The notes under the pieces: model-generated
Told to the model about the DNA's origin: nothing
The model's database searches: none
What the model saw: the letters and a program-made list of their open reading frames with translations, nothing else
Shown: positions 59,816-64,000 of the stretch, one piece after another
Position numbering within the stretch: position 1 is the first letter of the stretch
How the letters are laid out: the number at the start of each line of letters is the position of its first letter
Position numbers and translations under genes: made by a program
Assembly (NCBI RefSeq): GCF_964213995.1
Contig: NW_027590189.1
Location: 682,001 to 746,000 of the forward strand
DNA from: Mustelus asterias
Taxonomy: Eukaryota
Length of the DNA: 64,000 nucleotides
Direction of reading: 5' to 3'

Positions 59816-60616
59816 TTCTGTTTGGAACATCACAAATGCCCATCCAATTTCCTTTTTAATTGTTTATTGTCTCCACTTCCTCCACCCTCATAGACAGCGA
59901 GTTTCAGGTCATTACCATTCACTGCATCAGAATATTCTTCCTCACATCTCCCCCCTCAATTCCCCCCCACCCCACTGCCCCCCCCCCCCCCCCCCCCAGC
60001 CCCCCACTCCCCCCTCCCTTGCATCTCTAACCCAAAACAAGAAATCTGTGTCCCCCCTCGTCCTTGTTCCATCAGCTAATGGGAACAGCTTTTCTTTGTC
60101 CACCTTATCTAAACCTGTCAGAATCTTGTCCCCCATCTATCAAATCTCCCCTCAACCTCCTTTGCTCCAAGGAAAACAACCCCAGCCTGACATTGACAAT
60201 AAAGAACAAACTAACAGAATATGTTACTGTCTGAAATCAAATGGGAATGTTTAATTTCTGTTTGAAAGATATTGTGAATGTATTGTCCTGGACAATAAAG
60301 GAATTGGAATAACACACCTTGGGTGTGGTTGAATGGAATATATCAATCTGATATTCACCTACAGTCCAGTGAAAGTCTGGAATATGTAGCTGGAAGTCCC
60401 TTCCTAACAGCAATGTGGGTGTACGTACACCTCAGGCATTGCAGCAGTTCAGGAAGGCACCCTTGGGGTTGGGGTTGACCACGGCCAAGGCAGCTCCATA
60501 CAGCCACATATTCTGTTATAATTGAAGGACTGCAGATTGAATGTGAGGCATTGTGGGACTGGACTATCTTGACCATATTCCTGTGACTGCCCGGAAACTC
60601 ATGTGTCTATTTTAAA

Positions 60617-62135
60617 GCACAAAGAACAGTACAGCACAGGAACAGGCCCTTCGGCCCTCCAAGCCTGCGCTGATCATGTGTTCCTAACTAGACCATCCAT
60701 TTGTATCCCTCTATTCCTAGTCGTTCATGTGGTTATCAAGATGAGTCTTAAATGTTTCTCGCGTGTCTGCCTCAACCACCTTGCTTGGTAGTGCACTCCA
60801 GGCCCCCACCACCCTCTGTGTAAAATACGTCCCCCGCATATCTGTATTGAACCTTGCCCCCCTTACCTTGAACTTGTGACCCCTTGTGTTTGTCATTGCT
60901 GACCTGGAAAAAAGCTTCCAACTGTTCACCCTATCTATGCCCTTCGTAATTTTGTAAACTTCTATTAGGTCGCCCCTCAACCTCCGTCTTTCCAGGGAGA
61001 ACAACCCGAGTTTACTCAATCTCTCCTCATAGCTAATACCCTCCATACCAGGCAACATCCTGGTAAACCTTTTCTGTACTCTCTCCAAAGTCTCCGCGTC
61101 CTTCTGGTAGTGTGGTGACCAGAACTGGACACAGTATTCCAAATGCGGCCGAACCAACGTTCCATATAACTGCAACACCATGTGCCAACTTTTATACTCT
61201 ATGCCCCAATAAAGGCAAGCATGCCATATGCCTTCTTCACCACCTTTTCCACCTGTGCTGCCACCTTTAAGGATCGTGGACTTGCACACCCAGATCCCTC
61301 TGTGTGTCTATACTCCTGATGGTTCTGCCATTTATTGTATAGCTCCCCCCTGCATTAGATCTACCAAAATGCATCACTTCACATTTATTTGGATTAAATT
61401 CCATCTGCCATTTCTCCACCCAATTTTCCAGCCTATCTATATCCTGCTGTATTCTCTGACAATGTTCATCACAATCCACAACTCCAGCAATCTTTGTGTC
61501 GTCCGCAAACTTACTGATCACACCAGCTACATCTTCCTCCAAATCATTTATATATATCACAAACAGCAGAGGTCCCAGTACAGAGCCCTGTAGAACACCG
61601 CTAGTCACAGACCTCCAATCAGAAAAAGACCCCTCCACTGCTACCCTCTGTCTTCTATGGCTAAGCCAGTTCTGTACCCATCTAGCTGGTTCACCTTTGA
61701 TCCCATGAGATTTAACCTTTTGCACCAGCCTTCCATGAGGGACGTTGTCAAACGCTTTACTAAAATCCATGTCGACGACATCCACGGCCCTTCCCTCGTC
61801 AGTCATTTTTGTCACCTCCTCAAAAAACTCAACCAAATTTATGAGGCATGACCTCCCTTGTACAAAACCATGTTGTCTATCGCTAATGAGATTATTCAGT
61901 TCTAAATGTGTATAGATCCTATCTCTAAGAATCTTCTCCAACAATTTCCCTACCACGGACATCAAGTTCACTGGCCTATAATTACCCGGGTTATCCTTGC
62001 TACCCTTCTTAAATAACGGGACCACATTTGCTATCCTCCAATCCTCTGGGACCTCACCTGTGTCCAATGAAGAAACAAAGATTTTTGTGAGAGGCCCAGC
62101 AATTTCATCTCTTGTCTCTCTCAGTAACTGGAAAC
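60617..62135 (-). mobile_element. CR1 LINE, 5'-truncated
   Basis: ORFs 61267..62199 (RT) and 60717..61289. Confidence 0.93.
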
Positions 62136-62136
62136 T

Positions 62137-64000
62137 TGATAAGGTGCCCCATGCAAGGCTTATTGAGAAAGTGAGGGGGCATGGGATCCAAGGGGACATT
62201 GCTTTGTGGATCCAGAACTGGCTTGCCCACAGAAGGCAAAGTTATAGACGGTTATAGACGGGTTATAGACGGGTCATATTCTGCATGGAGGTCGGTCACC
62301 AGTGGAGTGCCCCAGGGATCTGTTCTGGGACCCTTACTCTTTGTGATTTTTATAAATGACCTGGATGAACAAAGAACAGTACAGCACAGGAAACAGGCCC
62401 TTCGGCCCTCCAAGCCTGTGCTGCTCCTTGGTCCAACTAGACCAATCGTTTGTATCCCTCCATTCCCAGGCTGCTCATGTGACTATCCAGGTAAGTCTTA
62501 AACGATGTCAGCGTGCCTGCCTCCACCACCCTACTTGGCAGCGCATTCCAGGCCCCCACCACCCTCTGTGTAAAAAACGTCCCTCTGATGTCTGAGTTAT
62601 ACTTCGCCCCTCTCAGCTTGAGCCCGTGACCCCTCGTGATCGTCACCTCCGACCTGGGAAAAAGCTTCCCACTGTTCACCCTATCTATACCCTTCATAAT
62701 CTTGTACACCTCTATTAGATCTCCCCTCATTCTCTGTCTTTCCAAGGAGAACAACCCCAGTCTACCCAATCTCTCCTCATAGCTAAGACCCTCCATACCA
62801 GGCAACATCCTGGTAAACCTTCTCTGCACTCTCTCCAATGCCTCCACGTCCTTCTGGTAGTGCGGCGTCCAGAACTGGACGCAGTACTCCAAATGTGGTC
62901 TAACCAGCGTTCTATACAGCTGCATCATCAGACTCCAGCTTTTATACTCTATACCCCGTCCTATAAAGGCAAGCATACCATATGCCTTCTTCACCACCTT
63001 CTCCACCTGTGTTGCCACCTTCAAGGATTTGTGGACTTGCACACCTAGGTCCCTCTGTGTTTCTATACTCCTGATGACTCTGCCATTTATTGTATAACTC
63101 CTCCCTACATTATTTCTTCCAAAATGCATCACTTCGCATTTATCCGGATTAAATTCCATCTGCCACCTCTCCGCCCAATTTTCCAGCCTATCTATATCCT
63201 GCTGTATTGCCCGACAATGCTCTTCGCTATCCGCAATTCCATGAGGAAGTGAAAGGATGGGTTGGCAAGTTTGCTGATGATACAAAGGTTGGAGGTGTTG
63301 TGGATAGTGTGGAGAGATGTCAGAAGGTGCAGCGAGACATTGATAGGATGCAAGACTGGGTGGAGAAGTGGCAGATGGAGTTCAACCCAGATAAGTGTGA
63401 GGTGGTTCATTTGGCAGGTCAAATAGGATGGCGGAATATAATATTAATGGTAGGACTCTTGGCAGAGTGGAAGATCAGAAAGATCTTGGGGTCAGAGTTC
63501 GTAAGACGCTCAAAGCAGCTGTGCAGGTTGAGGCTGTGGTTAAGAAGGTGGATGGTGTACTGGCCTTCATCAATCGAGGAATTGAGTTTAGGAGTCGTGA
63601 GATAATGTTGCAGCTATATAAGACCCTGGTCAGACCACACTTGGGGTACTGTGCTCAGTTCTGGTCGCCTCATTACAGAAGGATGTGGAAATCATAGAAA
63701 GGGTGCAGAGGAGATTTACAAGGATGTTGCCTGGATTAGGTGACATGCCTTATGAGGATAGGTTGAGTGAGCTCAGTCTTTTCTCCTTGGAGACATGAAG
63801 GATGAGGGGTGACCTGATAGAGGTGTATAAGATGTTGAGAGGTATTGATCGAGTGGATAGTCAGAGGCTTTTTCCCAGGGCTGAAATGGTTGCCACAAGA
63901 CCACACAGGTTTAAGGTGCTGGGGAGTAGGTACAGAGGAGATGTCAGGGGTAAGTTTTTCACTCAGAGGTTGGTGGGTGCGTGGAATGGGCTGCCAGCAA
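62137..64000 (+). mobile_element. CR1/HER1-like LINE interrupted by a nested CR1 (62137-62368 + 63241-64000)
   Basis: INDLDE|..|EEVKGWVGKFADD resumes at 63241; ATGA duplicated at both junctions. Confidence 0.88.
62369..63240 (-). mobile_element. Young CR1 LINE nested in the opposite orientation
   Basis: ORF 62437..63285 intact over the CR1 C-terminal region. Confidence 0.92.

Noticed and set aside
59960-60018. Poly-C tract / G-quadruplex potential (also 44286-44301)
   Set aside because: Low-complexity run inside a decayed CR1; homopolymer length is unreliable and no function is supportable.

Overview
Eukaryotic vertebrate genomic DNA, very probably a shark: it carries HE1-type V-SINEs, HER1/CR1 LINEs, DeuSINE/SacSINE1-like SINEs, Rex1/Babar, L2 and Penelope remnants. 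The window is a tandem C2H2 (Kruppel-type) zinc-finger gene cluster of 10 gene-length loci. Five have intact ATG-initiated finger-only ORFs (10, 13, 10, 12 and 25 fingers), two are open arrays lacking the usual ATG (6 and 14 fingers), and three are pseudogenes; three short duplicated finger fragments also occur. Three gene pairs sit head-to-head around CpG-rich promoters built from shared CCAAT/GC-box/NRF1/YY1 modules. The most notable observations are: (1) five independent Penelope-derived inserts, four with a minimal hammerhead ribozyme core showing covariation, each lying just left of one of the five CpG promoter modules; (2) a ZNF pseudogene followed by a ~340-bp inverted copy of itself, a possible hairpin/endo-siRNA source; (3) a bidirectional promoter built by inverted duplication that contains a covarying GGAGGACC..GGTCCTCC palindrome; (4) a PRDM9-like homogenised 25-finger array; (5) start codons made from finger linkers, with fossil fingers left in the 5' UTR and no effector domain; (6) repeated short locally templated insertions. 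Repeat boundaries are approximate and were judged by eye; no database searches were run.
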